Shown piece by piece: positions 12,062 through 27,043 of a DNA stretch of 64,000 nucleotides (the stretch's first letter is position 1; each line of letters opens with the position of its first letter). This stretch comes from Paraspadella gotoi (lineage: Eukaryota; Animalia; Chaetognatha), in NCBI GenBank assembly GCA_051294375.1, contig CM119266.1, forward strand, positions 16,424,087 to 16,488,086, in the 5' to 3' direction. A model generated the notes under the pieces. That model did no database searches. It was not told the origin of the DNA and was given only the letters and a program-made list of their open reading frames with translations. The translations under genes and the position numbers were made by a program.

Positions 12062-13135
12062 TAGGGTAGTCTGGTGATTTTTTATTTTTATTAACAAAAA
12101 TCTTTTTGACTTGCTGTCATGTAGCAGACATCGTTAGCTTTCATATGATACCTCACATGATGCATTAAAATTATTTTATGATAGCACTGTGACATAAAAA
12201 AAATTGTGATAATTTTTTTCTGCCAGGCCTAGGAGATACAGCTAATTCTTAAAATTTAAAAATCTGATAATACAGTCTTTTAGCCCTATGTCAGTAGTTT
12301 TTAAATCGGGGGGAACAAAGTTTGAACTCCTAAATTATCATATTTAAATCATATGTTTTTTAAGGTTCCTACATGAATTTTTTAAATTTTTTTGTTTTCA
12401 ACAAAATGATAATCATTATCCTTAGTAATTATATAAACATTTGAGGTATAGAAAATTTTTGTTTATATCAGAAACATAATTCAATCTTTTCTCTTTCAGA
12501 ATCTATATTTATTTTTTTTTTAAATGTGGCCAAGTGTGTTTAATTTAATTTCAAAAGTTGTTAGACTTTTAACTAAGATTCCGATCAAGATTTCAAAAAA
12601 ATCCTTTGAAAGATTTAAAAAAAAATTATATGGAAAAGATGCCCCATAATTATGGCTTTAATATGATACCAGTCTCATCGTTCTATCATTTTTGGTTCAA
12701 AAGATATAAAAAAAAACAATTTTTTTATTACCAATTGACAAGGCCGAAGCTAAAAATTTAAGTGGAACCAAACCAAACAACTTGCTTTCAAGGCATATCG
12801 CGTCTATGCGCGTCTACGTAAGTCAATTTTAAAAACATATATGAAATCCTCAAACGCATATTTACTAGTAACCTGACGACATCAAGTGACGGAAGTTTGG
12901 TTCTCTTATTATATCAAAAAGAAAAATTAATTCTAATATTTTTAGTTAATATCTATCGATTTCAATGAAAAAAAAGGCACTAGATATATTGCATGTGATT
13001 GAACAATGTTATTCCCATAATAATTTTTTTAATTTTATGTATTTTGTAAGTATTTTAAGTATTTTTATTCAGTGAGTAAAATAACTTTTTTATTCGCTAA
13101 TTTTTATCTCGGACGCTTAACGCCAGACGTCCCTA
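12062..13135. mobile_element. Non-autonomous TIR element (hAT-like)
   Basis: TAGGG..GTCTGG / CCAGAC..CCCTA ends with GCTATAG duplicated on both flanks. Confidence 0.6.
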
Positions 13136-16100
13136 GCTATAGTTATCTTGTCTTTATAACATAGAAGTCACTGGGTGAATTTCTATGCTTTCAATATACG
13201 GTAAGACATGATTTCTTTTACGACGATCATTCCAATTACGGTATCAGCCTTAATTAAAAATAAACTAAAAACGATTTTTAGTCGTCCGTCCGTCCCACCT
13301 TAGCAAAATGCTCCAATAACTCGTGATTGGGAGGTTGGATTGGAATGAAATTTTGTGTGTGGGTAGGAAAGTGTGTGATGAAGCAGGATATAAAATTGGA
13401 TGAAATCGTGCGAGTGGAAATGAGTTTAAATGGAAAAAAACATAAGTCGCATTTACTAAAATATTTTTACTTATTTTAACCAATAATTACTCGAATTAAT
13501 CATAATTGGATTGATAGATTGAGTTGAAATTTTGTGTGTGGGTAGGAAAGTGTGTGTCGAAGCTTGATATAAAGTTTTGACGGAATCGTGCCAGTGGAAT
13601 GAGTTTAAATGGAAAAAACATAAGTCACATTTACTTGAATCTTTATTATTTATGATTACTAATAATTTTTTAAATTAAGTAATGTGAAAAAATGATGCAA
13701 GTTGAAAATTTTTTTTCACCTATGCTCTGCTTCTCTTATCTTTTTCTCCTCATTAATTTTTTAAAATTTAAATAATACTGAATGTATAAAAATCTTTAAA
13801 ATGTATTGTAAGAAAAAAATAGGGTTGTGCAAGATTTTAGCGGAAGTTTGGTTGCCTAGCATATTTTTTTCCGTAAAAATGAGTCGATTGGGAGAAAAAA
13901 ATGTCCTGAAGCTTCCCATGACATTGAAAGAATGCGGTTTTTTTTTTTTAAATTGAACATTAGTGTGTTTTTCATCTGATGAAACTATAAAATTAGTTAA
14001 AAAACGAGTTTTAGTTTTAAAAAAACGCACCTCACAAATTAAAAGTTGGCTTAAAAATTTTTTTTACAGCCAAAGTATTGAATATTTTTCCATAATTTTT
14101 TAGGTGTTGGAAGCTCAGTTGATAAAGAATATTTTCCTAGAATTGTAAATAAATCAAACTATTTTTGTTTAATAAATTGTAATAAAAACTAAAAATGTGA
14201 GTTTTTGACTAGTCAATTTTAAAATTAATTCAAAGGCAAACAATAGATTTTTAATTGAATATGAACTGACTCAGAGGTAAGGAAGATAAAAAGGACCTGA
14301 AAACCGAAATAAATTTTTTTTCTCAAACCATCTTGGCATTCAAATCTCAAGAAAAAAGTCAAAATGGACAAAAATGGACATAATTTTTTTATTTTAAGTA
14401 GTAAAAATGATATTGATTTTTGATTAGAAAATGGTGCAGATGATTTCAATTAATCCGTAGTCTAGCCCACTTTGTCTTAGGGTTCAAATTTAATTAATTT
14501 TGTAGGTAATATTCTCGCAATATTGCAAAAAGTGGTTTTTTTGCTGAATTCCTCGATAGAAATCACTGACTTAGATAAAATTTATGATTCAACGTACGGA
14601 TTTGTTAATGGGTAAAATGGCAGATTAGCGGTTTTTCAGCAATTAGCCGGATATGTTTATAGCAGATCCCGGTTCTATAAAATTCATTTTGTTGGTCCGT
14701 TGGTGCGCCGCATAAAGCTTGTTGGTAAGATTATGTAAGATTATGTCAGAACGATATACATAAAAAGTGATGACCTTATGCCCATTAGACTGCCATATTT
14801 GTAAACGCTTTTAAATCGAAAGTAAATATATAAAATTTTAACAAGTAATACTATAGTATTAATAAATTGGGTAATTTTACTATTCGACGTCCGCAAATAA
14901 TTTTAGCTACCACCATTTGGTGGTTTGTTAATCCATTGAATTTTGTTTTCCTTCTAAAGTAGAAATTCAGTTTGCGCAGTGATATATTTTTTTTTTTACA
15001 TCATCACAGAGGAATGANNNNNNNNNNATTTCTTTATTTTTTTCATTAATTAAAAGAAATATATTTTTATATTTATAATTTTTAATCGTTTTATTTTTTA
15101 AACTCTTAGCAATTGGGTTAAGGGTGGTTAGGGGTTATTAGGGTTATGGGTAATTAGGGTTAGGAATTAAGGGTGGTTAAATTTTTAAAATACAATTTTA
15201 GAAGAGGTTTGAAATTAATTTTAACAACGATTATATTATGGGTAGCCGCACTCAATGGGGTGAGTCAAAAATTTAGAGTGAGTACATGCTCAAACGAATA
15301 TTTAGACATTTTTAAGAATACTTTCAATGGACAAAATATTTCTAATATCGCTCTATACCTTAGTAATTAATTTTTTAATATTTATTTATAGATAGGAAAG
15401 GCCAAATTTTTTAAAAAAAATTTTAAATTTTAAGACCAGATTCATATAGCTCATAAAAAGTTGTCTACACAAAGTATAATTCTTTTTTAAATATTTTTAT
15501 GATAAGTGTATCAAAAATAAGAAAAACCGTAAAAAATCATCATCTTTCGATGATTTTATCATTTTTTTTATATTTTCACTTAAAAAACGTAAGAATTTTT
15601 AAAGGCTGTATTTTGTTTTTTTAACTTTTTATGCTCTATCAGAATCCATCAAAAAATTTTAAGATTTAAAAAAAAATGTTTTGCTCTTTATAGTAATATA
15701 ATATTTTTAATTAGGTATTTTTGATAAAAAAATATTTTAATACCATAATCTATGGTCATGATAGATTATTTTAACGCTGTATACATAAGCATTTAAATTT
15801 CATCGGCTATGGTTAATTATATCACAATGTTTAATAGGGTGGAATAATGAAAAGATTGAGTGATAAAAAATTATTTTTTTGCTGCTTATGGATATGTAAT
15901 TAATGAATTTTAAATATTTTTTAAAATTTTTTTAGTATAACAGTATAGTAAATTCAATTATTTATATAATAATATCCTTATAAAATTGTTAAATTTCAAA
16001 ATATTTTTATTTTAAGAACAGATTTGGATTCACCATAAAAAACTAAGAAACTTTTATAAAATGTTATATATTTAAATGTTTTGATTATAAAAAATGACTA

Positions 16101-17346
16101 AAACGTTTTAACATATATAAGTTTTTATTAGAAAGAATAAAAAAATTATAAATTTTTACCTTTTTGCCCATTTTAAATGCTGAAGATGACAGAATTTTTG
16201 ATAACATATTTTATATTTTTGATTCAACTTTTTATGAAGAATCTGAATCTTTATTAAAAATTTTAAAAAATGAAAAAAAAATTATTATTTTATAAGAAAA
16301 AAATAAAACTACAAATATATATTTTACTATTCGGTTCCTGAGACAATATGAACAAAATATTTTTTGTATTAATTAATCATACTATCTCACATCTAAATAG
16401 CCTTGTTCGATCATTCAAATAATTTTTTTGTTCTCGAGTGCTCCACTCTAATGTCTAGTAAATAAAATTTTTAGTTCAAATTTTTTTTGTTCTTATATTT
16501 TTTCCTTTTTTGCTTAATGAGAAGCGAAACGCGAAAAATAAATCACCGACCGCAAAATCCTGGTCGGTGAATGTAAAATTAAGCCAATCAATTTTTAAAA
16601 ATAAATAATAGCAATATTTAAAAAAAAGTTTTTAAAGGATTAAAAAGAATCAACATATCTTCCCCCCCCCCGTGTAGCTTATCCAATAAATTCAGCGTTT
16701 TTAAGATCATTGTTGTTAGTCCTAATTTTTCTTTTCCGTACAGAAACAATTTTATTTTTTTCATCTTCTTTATCTCCTTTTTTCCTATAACGCTTAAGCC
16801 TCCCGAGCGTATTAAAATCCAGGATCGACTTAAACTTTATATTCGACCAGTTATTAATAACTCGACTGGTAGTTATATTGACTCGGAAATGCTAAAAAGA
16901 TTCTATCTAGAGTACTGGTTTGGTTTTCTTCTCCACAGATGGAGCCAAAAACAGAAATACGCAGAGTACTTTAACGTAACTTGTTTCTGTCGGTTAATCC
17001 GTGACTAAGTTCTAAAGTTTTTATCTGATTCTCTTCTGCCTGCGTGTTAAACGCCCACTAAGTTATTTAAGTAAAGGGTAAAATATGCGTGAAATATGAG
17101 TTTTTTATTCGTCATGTGAACTAAAATCTACGATCTATTCCTGAAACTCGTTTTGATCAAAGAAACCCTTTTCAGCAAATACTTTCCATGTATGGGCAGC
17201 GAAGGTAATAAAAGTTATGTTTATACACATATGATTTGCTACAATTGGTTGAGGCTCAAAAAGGGTTTGAGCAAACTAAATTTTATATACACAAGGTGAC
17301 CGTAGAATCTTTTATGCAAGAAACTTATCATTATTAATAAATACAG

Positions 17347-20300
17347 ATGAATATGGAAAAATATGACAGCATCAATTCCACTTTTATCCCGTACGGATCA
17401 TCGGAAACTCCTTCTCCTATAAGTCCTGCATTTGGCCTGAAGACGAGGACACCTTTCACTATTGTTTATACTATAATATACTCAGGTATTAGAATTTAGA
17501 GGACAAAAACGAGGCGATTAAATAGATATCGAAAAACGAAAACTTGATTTCATAATCTTATAGTGGTAATATAAAGTTGTCCATTTGATGTTTGACGAAT
17601 GTGTACAATTTTATGTAATGCGAGGTGATTAGTCTTAAGCAAATAAAATAAAAATACTCTTGGCGTTTTTGAACAAATTTAGAAATATTAAGCGGTTTTA
17701 GTTCAAATGCCATATTATCATAAGACATAACAACGCAGGAATTGGATGATTGAAAACTAAATAATTTATTTGATCGAGTTATGGCAAGAGTCAATTTGGC
17801 ATTCTCAGACAAATTTAAAAAAGTAAAAAAGCGAGTTTTACAAAAATGCTTTTTTCAAAACAGAAATACGGTGTAAATGCAAATAAAAAAAAAGTTTTTA
17901 TCCCATTATTTTAACTGCACGTTTCGGTTTCGAAGCCATCGTCAGTGGCTATATGAAAATGTGAAACAAAATAATTGAGAGGAAAGAAAGAGAGTGTAAT
18001 AGCGAAATCAAAGACCAAAGAAGGGTTGTGCCCCCCCTTTGCAGCCGTCTTAATCTATACAGAGTGTCTCAAGGGTACTGTCTCTTTACAAACGAATACA
18101 GTGGATCATTATATTTATGGTGGACTAAAATCCGAAGCTAAGGGACTGCTTAATAGTGCTTATAACAATTATTTGTCTCTTCATTGGTGAGCTCGACTTC
18201 AGAATACAACAGCAACAACAACACTTTCAGGCGACATACCTCAACTTGGCAACGCGCTTTCTGGCAACAACACATCATGAGGCGATGTGCCTCAACTTGG
18301 TGATGAGCTTTCCATCAACGATTCACTGAAGAGACGCAACAGACTTCTCCCTAGGGAAGGGGGATGTATGGTGGACTAAAATCCACCAACCGTTAATCAG
18401 CGGCCATTGGTGCAGGAGGCAAGTCATTCGCCTCCCAACCCAAAGGTCCGGGGTTCTAGCTTGGTGGCTGCCTAGGAGTTAAGATGGATGGGGCGCTGAA
18501 CCCGCCTGTAACACGGTGTTACAGCCTGATCCGAAGCTCTTAACAATTATCTCTGTCTCTTCACAGTTATATAAAATGCATTTACTGTGCTTTTTGGATT
18601 CAAAAGTTCTTACAGTTTTAAATGTCTTTATTTTTAAAATCAAACGATAAAGCAAATGTTTAAATTTTTTTTCTAATTCTATCAATTTTAAAATATTTCA
18701 ATCTTTTCAACTACCCAAAAGTTATTTTTTTAGCGACGAGATACGAGACGCCAATGGAACCATTGTTTCCATCTTCTTGAAAGCTGATTGGTTGATTCCA
18801 ACAAATCACGTGACGACGATTCTATCAAGCGAGAGAAAGAGAGAGTTTTTGCCTCTTGAATCTTTTTGCTTTCACGATCTTGTTAGTCCTGCGATGGTTG
18901 AATAATAATATGTCGTCACTGTATAATGATTGTAACAGGTTTTTCCTTACAGATTTTTACCATAGCCATTCCGGAATTGTAAGTATTTGATAGGTTTTCT
19001 TTGAAATCATCCTACGGATATGCATCTGGTTTGACCGCCAATTACATTAGCATGCCTCTGAGCTGCAGTCAGCTGGAAAATGGTTTTAGCAGTAAAAAGT
19101 ACTCTATGCATCTAACATCATATTCTGAATTATAGCATACTAAATTTGCAGGGTTTATCAGTTTCCTGAAGGTAAACTTAATGAGCGTCCATTAAAATTT
19201 ATTTTTTTTACATTATCACCCTATCTACAGAAATCTTAGGCAAGGGCACAATAAACATAGTCGCCTACTGTAATGTAAAATGCATAATTTTTTTACGCCA
19301 AAAGAAGGACAACTTTATAAATTTAATATCACCTAAATTTTTTGATTGATTGTCAAGACAAAAATCACCCCTCGTTTGAACTGCGCATTGTGTTATTATT
19401 CTATCCAATTAATAATTCACCATACCAAATTAACACAGAGTTCATTTGTAAAGTGACAGTACTCTTGAGACACTCTGTATAAGTGTAATAAGTGTATATT
19501 TCATGAAAGACTGGCTTCTACACTTCAGTTTGACAAATGTGCCCCAATCTTCGATTACACCTCCCTCCTCTTTTGAGTCTTAGGTATTTGACCTCAGTCT
19601 GACCAAATTCTTTCTCTTATGTTTCTTTCTATCTCAATTATTTTGTTTCACATTTTCATTTAGCCCAATGGCTTATTAGAAACCGACGACTAAGTCTAAA
19701 ATACACATTTGTATTACAATTGTGCTGGTGTATGCGATGACTTTTAAAGAAAGAGCAGTTTTGTTGTTATTAATTGAATTATTATTGGTATTGATTATAT
19801 TCATTGAGGCAAGCAACGCAGAGAATAGATTATGAAGAGAGTTGTAAGAGGAAGCTATAAGTTTTATTTATAATTATTATTTTGTTAAACATAAAATGAC
19901 TATCTTACACGACGTCCGAAGTTTATTTTAAAAAAATTATTTATTACAGGCATTTTTGCATACGTATATTTCCAGCTACTACTAATTCTTTACCATGGTC
20001 ACAAACGTCTCAGTTACCAAACGGTTTTTCTATATATTTGTCTAATTTGGGCGGCGCTGCGTACTACGCTCTTTAGCTTTTTTTACAATGATACAGTTAC
20101 TGCTAATCAGCTAAGTATTTTTTTTCATTGGCTACTTTTCTGTGCTCCATCTATTTTGCAATACTCAATAATGAATCTTCTCTTTGTATTTTTTGCACAA
20201 TTAATAATTCCAAATCGGATTAATCCCGACCTTTTGCTTAGAAGAAAAAAAAGAATTTTCATCGTTTCGGCTACAGGATTTTTATTATTTGTTGTAACAA

Positions 20301-21016
20301 ACATATCATGTGCTATATTAACAAAAATAATATATACCACCGATACCTGTAAATATATTAAAGCAATTGACATCGTCATTGCAAGAGTGATTATTAATGA
20401 TGGACTCTTCATGCTAAGCGCAATTTCCCTAGCGATTTGCATCGTACAATTGAGAAAACGGCCATCTGCAAAGGCGATGTTTGAATCTAAAGGAATGGGA
20501 TTTAAAGGAGCGATAATCATGGCAGTTTTTATTATTATAATTTTCGTATCAAGAGTGATCTATAATTTTATGGCGGTGTTTAATATTTGTCCATCATTTG
20601 GCTATGGTTGGATAAACGTATCGGATCAAGCCGAACTAAAAAATCTTACTGATGATATGGCGTATTTATCTTTTGGATTAGTCTTATTGTTTTGGGAATG
20701 TCTCCCTACGCTCATTATAGTAATGTTTTTTCGCGTAAAGACAAGATCATACTCTTCTGTAGACACTCAAGAATTTCACGAGAGAACTATTGGCAGCCTT
20801 CCGGGATTGGCAGGACCTTCATATTTTTTCGACAACAGAAACCGATACAATAGTACGGACGATATTACTCATGCTTCAATTCCACAATCTCCTCGCTCTT
20901 CGGCGGTCGATATTTATACAATTGGACAGTTAAATTCTGGTCATTCTTATTCGACCTACACTGGTAGTAAGTCAATCCCAAAATCTCCCGTTGGATTAGC
21001 TACACATCGGAGATAG
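17347..21016 (+). CDS. GPR137: GPR137/TM7SF1 lysosomal 7TM protein; exons 17347-17485 and 19950-21016
   Basis: Phase-1 GT-AG join gives HKRLSYQTVFLYICLIWAALRTTLFSF, FGYGWINVSDQA, WECLPT and YFFDNRNRY, matching GPR137B motifs. Confidence 0.92.
18060..19477. mobile_element. Tc1/mariner-like non-autonomous element in the GPR137 intron; partial copy at ~32985-33747
   Basis: TA-flanked ~37-bp TIR CAGAGTGTCTCAAG.GTACTGTC.CTTTACAAA. Confidence 0.75.
18116..18563 (+). mobile_element. TRIM family A with internally deleted LTRs
   Basis: TATGGTGG...TCTCTTCA ends, with PBS, internal region and PPT. The 5' LTR is collapsed at an ATCC microhomology. No clean TSD. Confidence 0.85.
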
Positions 21017-23815
21017 TTACGTATATTATACTCTTTCCAATATGTATCCATATGCTTTTCCAAACGACCGATTCCATTCGTTAGTTAAAAATTCAATTGG
21101 TCGGAAACTGTTTAGTGTGTTAAGTACGTAAAAGAGGTAAAATTTTACATTCGCCGACTGGGATTTGTGTTGTAACAATATAATAAAAAAAATATTATTA
21201 AAAAAAAAAGACTTGTAATGTAAAGTCGAAACATGTACGAAAAATAAAAACCATCGACATCGTAGTTGAAACAAATAATTTTTTTTCTCATCTAAAAAAG
21301 AAGTAAAACTTATCGAAACCCCATTCATAATTATAATCACACCTAACCCTAAACAACCCTGACCTTAAACCCAACTAACCCTAATCGGCGAATGTGAAGT
21401 TAATTATTTATGTCGTAAAAAATGTTAATGCTTTAACTATTTGACTTAACTATCCAAATTTGTTTGGTTTAAAAAGTATTGCCCGCTAAATAACGTTTCC
21501 ATTCTGTAATTTTTATCCGCGGGCTTTTTCCGATAATTTTTTGTTAATAATTTTGTCACTTAATATTTTTCTCGCACGTTACAGTTTAGGGGTAATCGGA
21601 AATGGTGGTTAAAGATCAGCCAGTAAGGTCTTTCAGGATTTGTAATTTTGTTCCTTTTTCCAACAAAATTAATGCAATCACGTTGACTACACGATCTATC
21701 CCGTAAGGCGAAACAGGTTGAAAACTAAAAGATGTCAGCTATGGTGAAACATCTTTTAAAGCTCATAAAAATAATAAAAGTTTTGGAAAAAATTGTACAT
21801 TCGGAGACTGGGATTATTTGTTTTTCGCTTTAAGCATTGTATAAAAATCTTGTGTAAAAAGAAGTAGAAAAAAGAACAATGGTAAGAATAGAAAAACTTA
21901 AACTTTAATGTTTTTAAAATTTAAAAAAAAAAAGGTTTTCATAATTTATTCGCCTATAGAACCCCTGACCAACCAATATAAAAAATATTGATAAAAATAT
22001 TTGGAAAATTTGAAAGATTTTTCGCCATTTAAGATTTTTGCTGAATCTGACTTCCAGTTGAAAACTCTGAGAATACCGATCGCTAGCTTCTCTTTTACTT
22101 TTAGTAGAGATGAGCATCGTTCGAATCGAAGCTCCGATCNNNNNNNNNNNNNNNNNNNNNNNNNAGAGAGAGAAGCAAAATAGTTGCACCTATTCGTTTT
22201 AAAACAAATTAATATATAAAAACTGAAAATGATACTTTTTGACTTGTAAACTTAAAAATTAATTCATAGGCAAACTATAATGATTTAAGGAAATAAATTT
22301 ACCCAGAGATGAAGAAGATAAGGAAGAACGGATTTCCAAAATTTCCTTGGCATTCTAATCAAAAGACGAAAGTGAAAATGGACAAAAATGGACATAGATT
22401 TTTTCTTCTAAATGTTGCAAAAATTGTACTTTTTTATCATTTGAAACTGGTGGATATGATTTCAACCAATCCCTAATTCAGCCAATTGTTATTGTGGTAG
22501 AAATCAAATTGTTATTGTAAGTAATGTAACAACTGAACAATATTAGAAACAGTTGCTTTTTTGCTAAATGCGAAGTTTGTAGGCGGAACCTTTTACTATA
22601 GAATGAAAGGGAAATTTTTTTTTTTAAATTACCAACGGGATTACGGTATGTGAGCATTATAAATAGTACTTCGAATTATGAGATTCCAAAAGCCTCGTGT
22701 CCCAAGAGCTCGACCTATTTTTCTCTTTTTATTTCATGATGTTTTTAGGGACAAACAATCAGGTTTAAATGAAGTGGTCCAGTTTTCATTGCGAAATTTT
22801 TATTTAAAAATAAATTAAAAGGAAGGTTGAAAAAAAAACAACTGATTTTTTCTAATATCTTTTAAAAGAATAAAGATACAGGGATGGCAATAGTACCAAA
22901 ATGAAGCCATAATCATAGGGCATATACCAGATACAAATTTAAAATTATTTTTCCTAAAACTCCTTACAGGGGGAGTGCAAAACTAAGTCAAAAGTATAGC
23001 AATTTTTAAAACTAATGAACACCCCAGAACAATAAATGAAAATAGCAAATGAGCCAGGACAAATAGACAGCTTCTTTACGAAAAAATTTTCATCTCTGAT
23101 TTTATATAGAAATGAAAGGGATTTTTTCCCTTCAAAGCAATATAAACGTGAATATTATTAAGGTATGTTCCAGTTTCACAAATGATATCAAATTCAGGAA
23201 TGCTTTGACCAAATTTTTCTTTAAATTTTAAATAGTTTTTCAATATGATATGATCAGGGTAAAGTGAATTAGTCCACTTTCATAAATTTTATTTAAACTA
23301 AAAGTGGGGATGAGCATCGTTTCTAAACAACTCATTGTTTTATATCAAATTAGGTAGCGTTCGATAGACATTGCAAACATCTACATGCATAATTCATCAT
23401 AATCCGACAATCCGTTCAAAAGTAATCGCCAAAAAGCAATCGCAAAAAATCGCTCTTCAAACCGATCAACTTTCCTTTAAAATCGAGCTCGTTTTGATCC
23501 AACAAAGATTAGTATATGCGTAGTACTAAGCTTTAGAACCGGCGCACAGTGAGATCCTGGCCTGAATTATTCAGAAAATCCCGTTCAATTAAAAATATTT
23601 TTTATTATATATGAATTATGAAAATATTTTTAAAAAAATTTATTTAAATATTAAAATAATTAAAAATATAATTTTATAATTTTAAATAAATAAAATAAAA
23701 TTATTTTATAATAAAATATATATTATATCAGATTAATATAATAATAAAAAATAATAATAATAATAATAATAAAATAATAATTATAATTAAAAAAATAAAA
23801 TTAAAAAAAAATTAT

Positions 23816-23862
<47 letters not shown>

Positions 23863-24095
23863 AAATTTAAAATTTTTTAAATTTATTATATTTAATATGA
23901 TTATTATATTTTATTGAAATTAAAATTTATTTTAATCTTATATTTTTTAATTATACCATGATAAAAAAAACTAGCAATTTAAAAAAATTAGTTAATTTTA
24001 TTGTAAATATATATTTTTTATACGTATATATATAATATATAGTACTACCTTTCTCAGATTGAATTAAAAAGTTTATTTTTAAAACTATAATTATA

Positions 24096-27043
24096 CACGG
24101 TTCCTTTTTACATCAATTTACTCGGCATGGAGTGCACAAGAATGAAGATGTCCCGGGATACGTTTCCGGACCTTTGGGCTACACAAAAAAAGGGTAATCA
24201 AATTTTTCCTAATGACAGTTTTTTTATAAATTAATATTAAAATTAGCTATATAAAATCAATAAAGTAGAATTAAAAAAATTTAAAAATGGTTTAAATTTT
24301 TTAAAAATGAAAATATCATGCATCATCCATAATCTATGAACAATTTTCTTTTGTTGAGTCCATAACCATTATTCTATCTTTAATAGTTTATTTGTAATTA
24401 ATTTCTTTTATTAAAATATTATTTTAATTTTTTTTCAAATAATTTAATTAAAAAAAATTATAACTATGCCAAATGATTGAAGAAAAATTTTATATTATAA
24501 GGACTTACCTACCTAATATAGGCCTTCAAATAAATATATAGTAAGTTTATTATGATGATGTTTTGACATAGAAAATAAATAATTTATAAAATTAAATATA
24601 TGAAAAATTTTAAACTTTGAATTTTTTTTTTAGCATAATAAACATAATTATTAATTAATTGTTCATGATGCTTTTAATAGCTACTGGTCAGTTGTATCAT
24701 TCTCATTATAATAATTTTATAACTTTTTTATTTTTAGTAATACCGACTGCTATATTTACTTACTTTTGACAAAATCCAAAAATTACTGGTATTAAAAATT
24801 ATGTATGAAACAGACGAAAACTTTTTTTTAAATCACATGCTATTTAATTGTTTGAACTGATATAATATTATCCTTGGACAAAATTAAAAAGTTTTAAACA
24901 ATCCCAACTAGACATTTTTAAGGCCAAAAGTTAGGTTGTTTAAAAAAAACTGCAAGATGCAAAAAAGTAAAAAAAAAGTTATTTTCTTGAATATCTTTTG
25001 AAAAAAAAGAGTTAGCAAGGTGGGTGTGGTATCAAATTAAAGCCCTAATAATGGGACACATTTCTAGAACAGTTTTGTTAAATTTTATCATAAATATTTA
25101 CACAGTTTTATTTAAATACGAGTTAAAAGTATAACAGTTTTTTGCATTACAAATTTCAATGAAGGCATGTAAAATTTTTTGTTTTTCTTTTGTAAATTAA
25201 AAGAGGAAAGTCTGAATTACATTTTAATTACCATTAAATTTTTTCTACTTTTAAAATTTGCTTGTATTTTCAGTTAAAGTAAAAAACAAGCAAAAAATTT
25301 GTAGTAGCTTGATAAAATGTTTTTTAAATATGAAAAATGATAAATAATAAATATTTTCAGCTTGATATAAACAGTCTGGACGTCTACCTCTTGTCTGTGA
25401 AAAAAAAATAATCATTTTTCATTATCTTCAACTGCAAAGAAAAAGCTTGATATACTGCTTGTTTATCATAATAAAATTTTTAAAAATTACTTAACTGCTG
25501 ATATATTTGACAAAGCAAGACATCATTGTGTTGAATTGTATGCTAATTTTCTTTTAAATATAACAACCTTTATAAAGGGAATTTAATTGTATTATTTATC
25601 ATCCATTTTAATTAAGAAAAAAAAATTCGCGAAAAGGGTTCATTGACTGACTTAATGATTGCATTTTTAAGGTTTCTTTACTGCCCCCATTACGCAAGAC
25701 ATAAAAGGTCATTATTATCATGTCACTATGTACAGATTTTCTCTACCCTTTATGCCACCTGCATTCTGATTTTCTTTTATTCCCTTTCAAATGTATTAAA
25801 TAAAAAAAATTAATTGAGAGAATGATCAGCATGGAGGATACCGTTGGTAAGCCTTAGTTACCCCACTTCCCGATCAAATTTTTAAACAAGAGTTTTTTTT
25901 CATCTATTCTAGACATAAATCTAACTATTGGTACTATTATTTTTAATTTTTACATTCTCTTTCGCGTAATCAAAAAAAACGTTTTGCGTGTCAAAAAAAT
26001 TATAGAAAAAAAGTAAAACGTTTTCAAAAATTAAAAAATCTATAGAGGAATCTACTATACTTAACAAATATACTGATGTTAATATGTGTTAGAACTTTGA
26101 TGCCCACTCAAAATAAAAAACTGTTAAATATACTGCCTTTCTGTCATATTAAAAGAGGCTACTGAATTAAGTTAAAACCTACAAAGCAGTCCGAATATCA
26201 AATATTTAACATTTGACAACCTTAAAAATGTCTAGTTGGGATTGTTTAAAACTTTTAAAATTTGTCCAAGGATAATATTATATCAGTTCAAACAATTAAA
26301 TAGCATGTGATTTAAAAAAAAGTTTTTGTCTGTTTCATACATAATTTTTAATACCAGTAATTTTTGGATTTTGTCAAAAGTAAGTAAATATAGCAGTCAG
26401 TATTACTAAAAATAAAAAAAGTTATAAAATTATTATAATTGAGAATGATACAACTGACCAGTAGCTATTAAAAGCATCATGAACAATTAATTAATAATTA
26501 TGTTTATTATGCTAAAAAAAAATTCAAAGTTAAAAATTTTTTCAATATATTAATTTTATAAATTCTTTATTTTCTATGTCAAAACATCATCATAATAAAC
26601 TTACTATATATGTATTTGAAGGCCTATATTAGGTAGGTAAGTCCCTTATAATATAAAATTTTCTCAATCATTTGGCATAGTTATAATTTTTTTTATTTAA
26701 ATTATTGAAAAAAAATTAAAATAATATTTTAATAAAGAAAAATGAATTACAAATAATATTAAAGATAGAATAATGGTTATGGACTCAAACGAAAGAAAAT
26801 TGTTCATAGATTATGGATGATGCATGATATTTTCATTTTTAAAAAAATTTAAACCATTTTTAAATTTTTTTATTCTACTTTATTGATTTTATATAGCTAA
26901 TTTTAATATTAATTTATAAAAAACTGTCATTAGGAAAAATTTGATTACCCTTTTTTTGTGTAGCCCAAAGGTCCGGAAACTATCCCGGACATCTCATTCT
27001 TGTGCACTCTATGCCGAGTAAATCGATGTAAAAAGGAACCGTG
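24096..27043. mobile_element. TA-flanked element with ~830-bp TIRs
   Basis: 24096-24923 is the reverse complement of 26220-27043; termini CACGGTTCC...GGAACCGTG; no ORF. Confidence 0.75.
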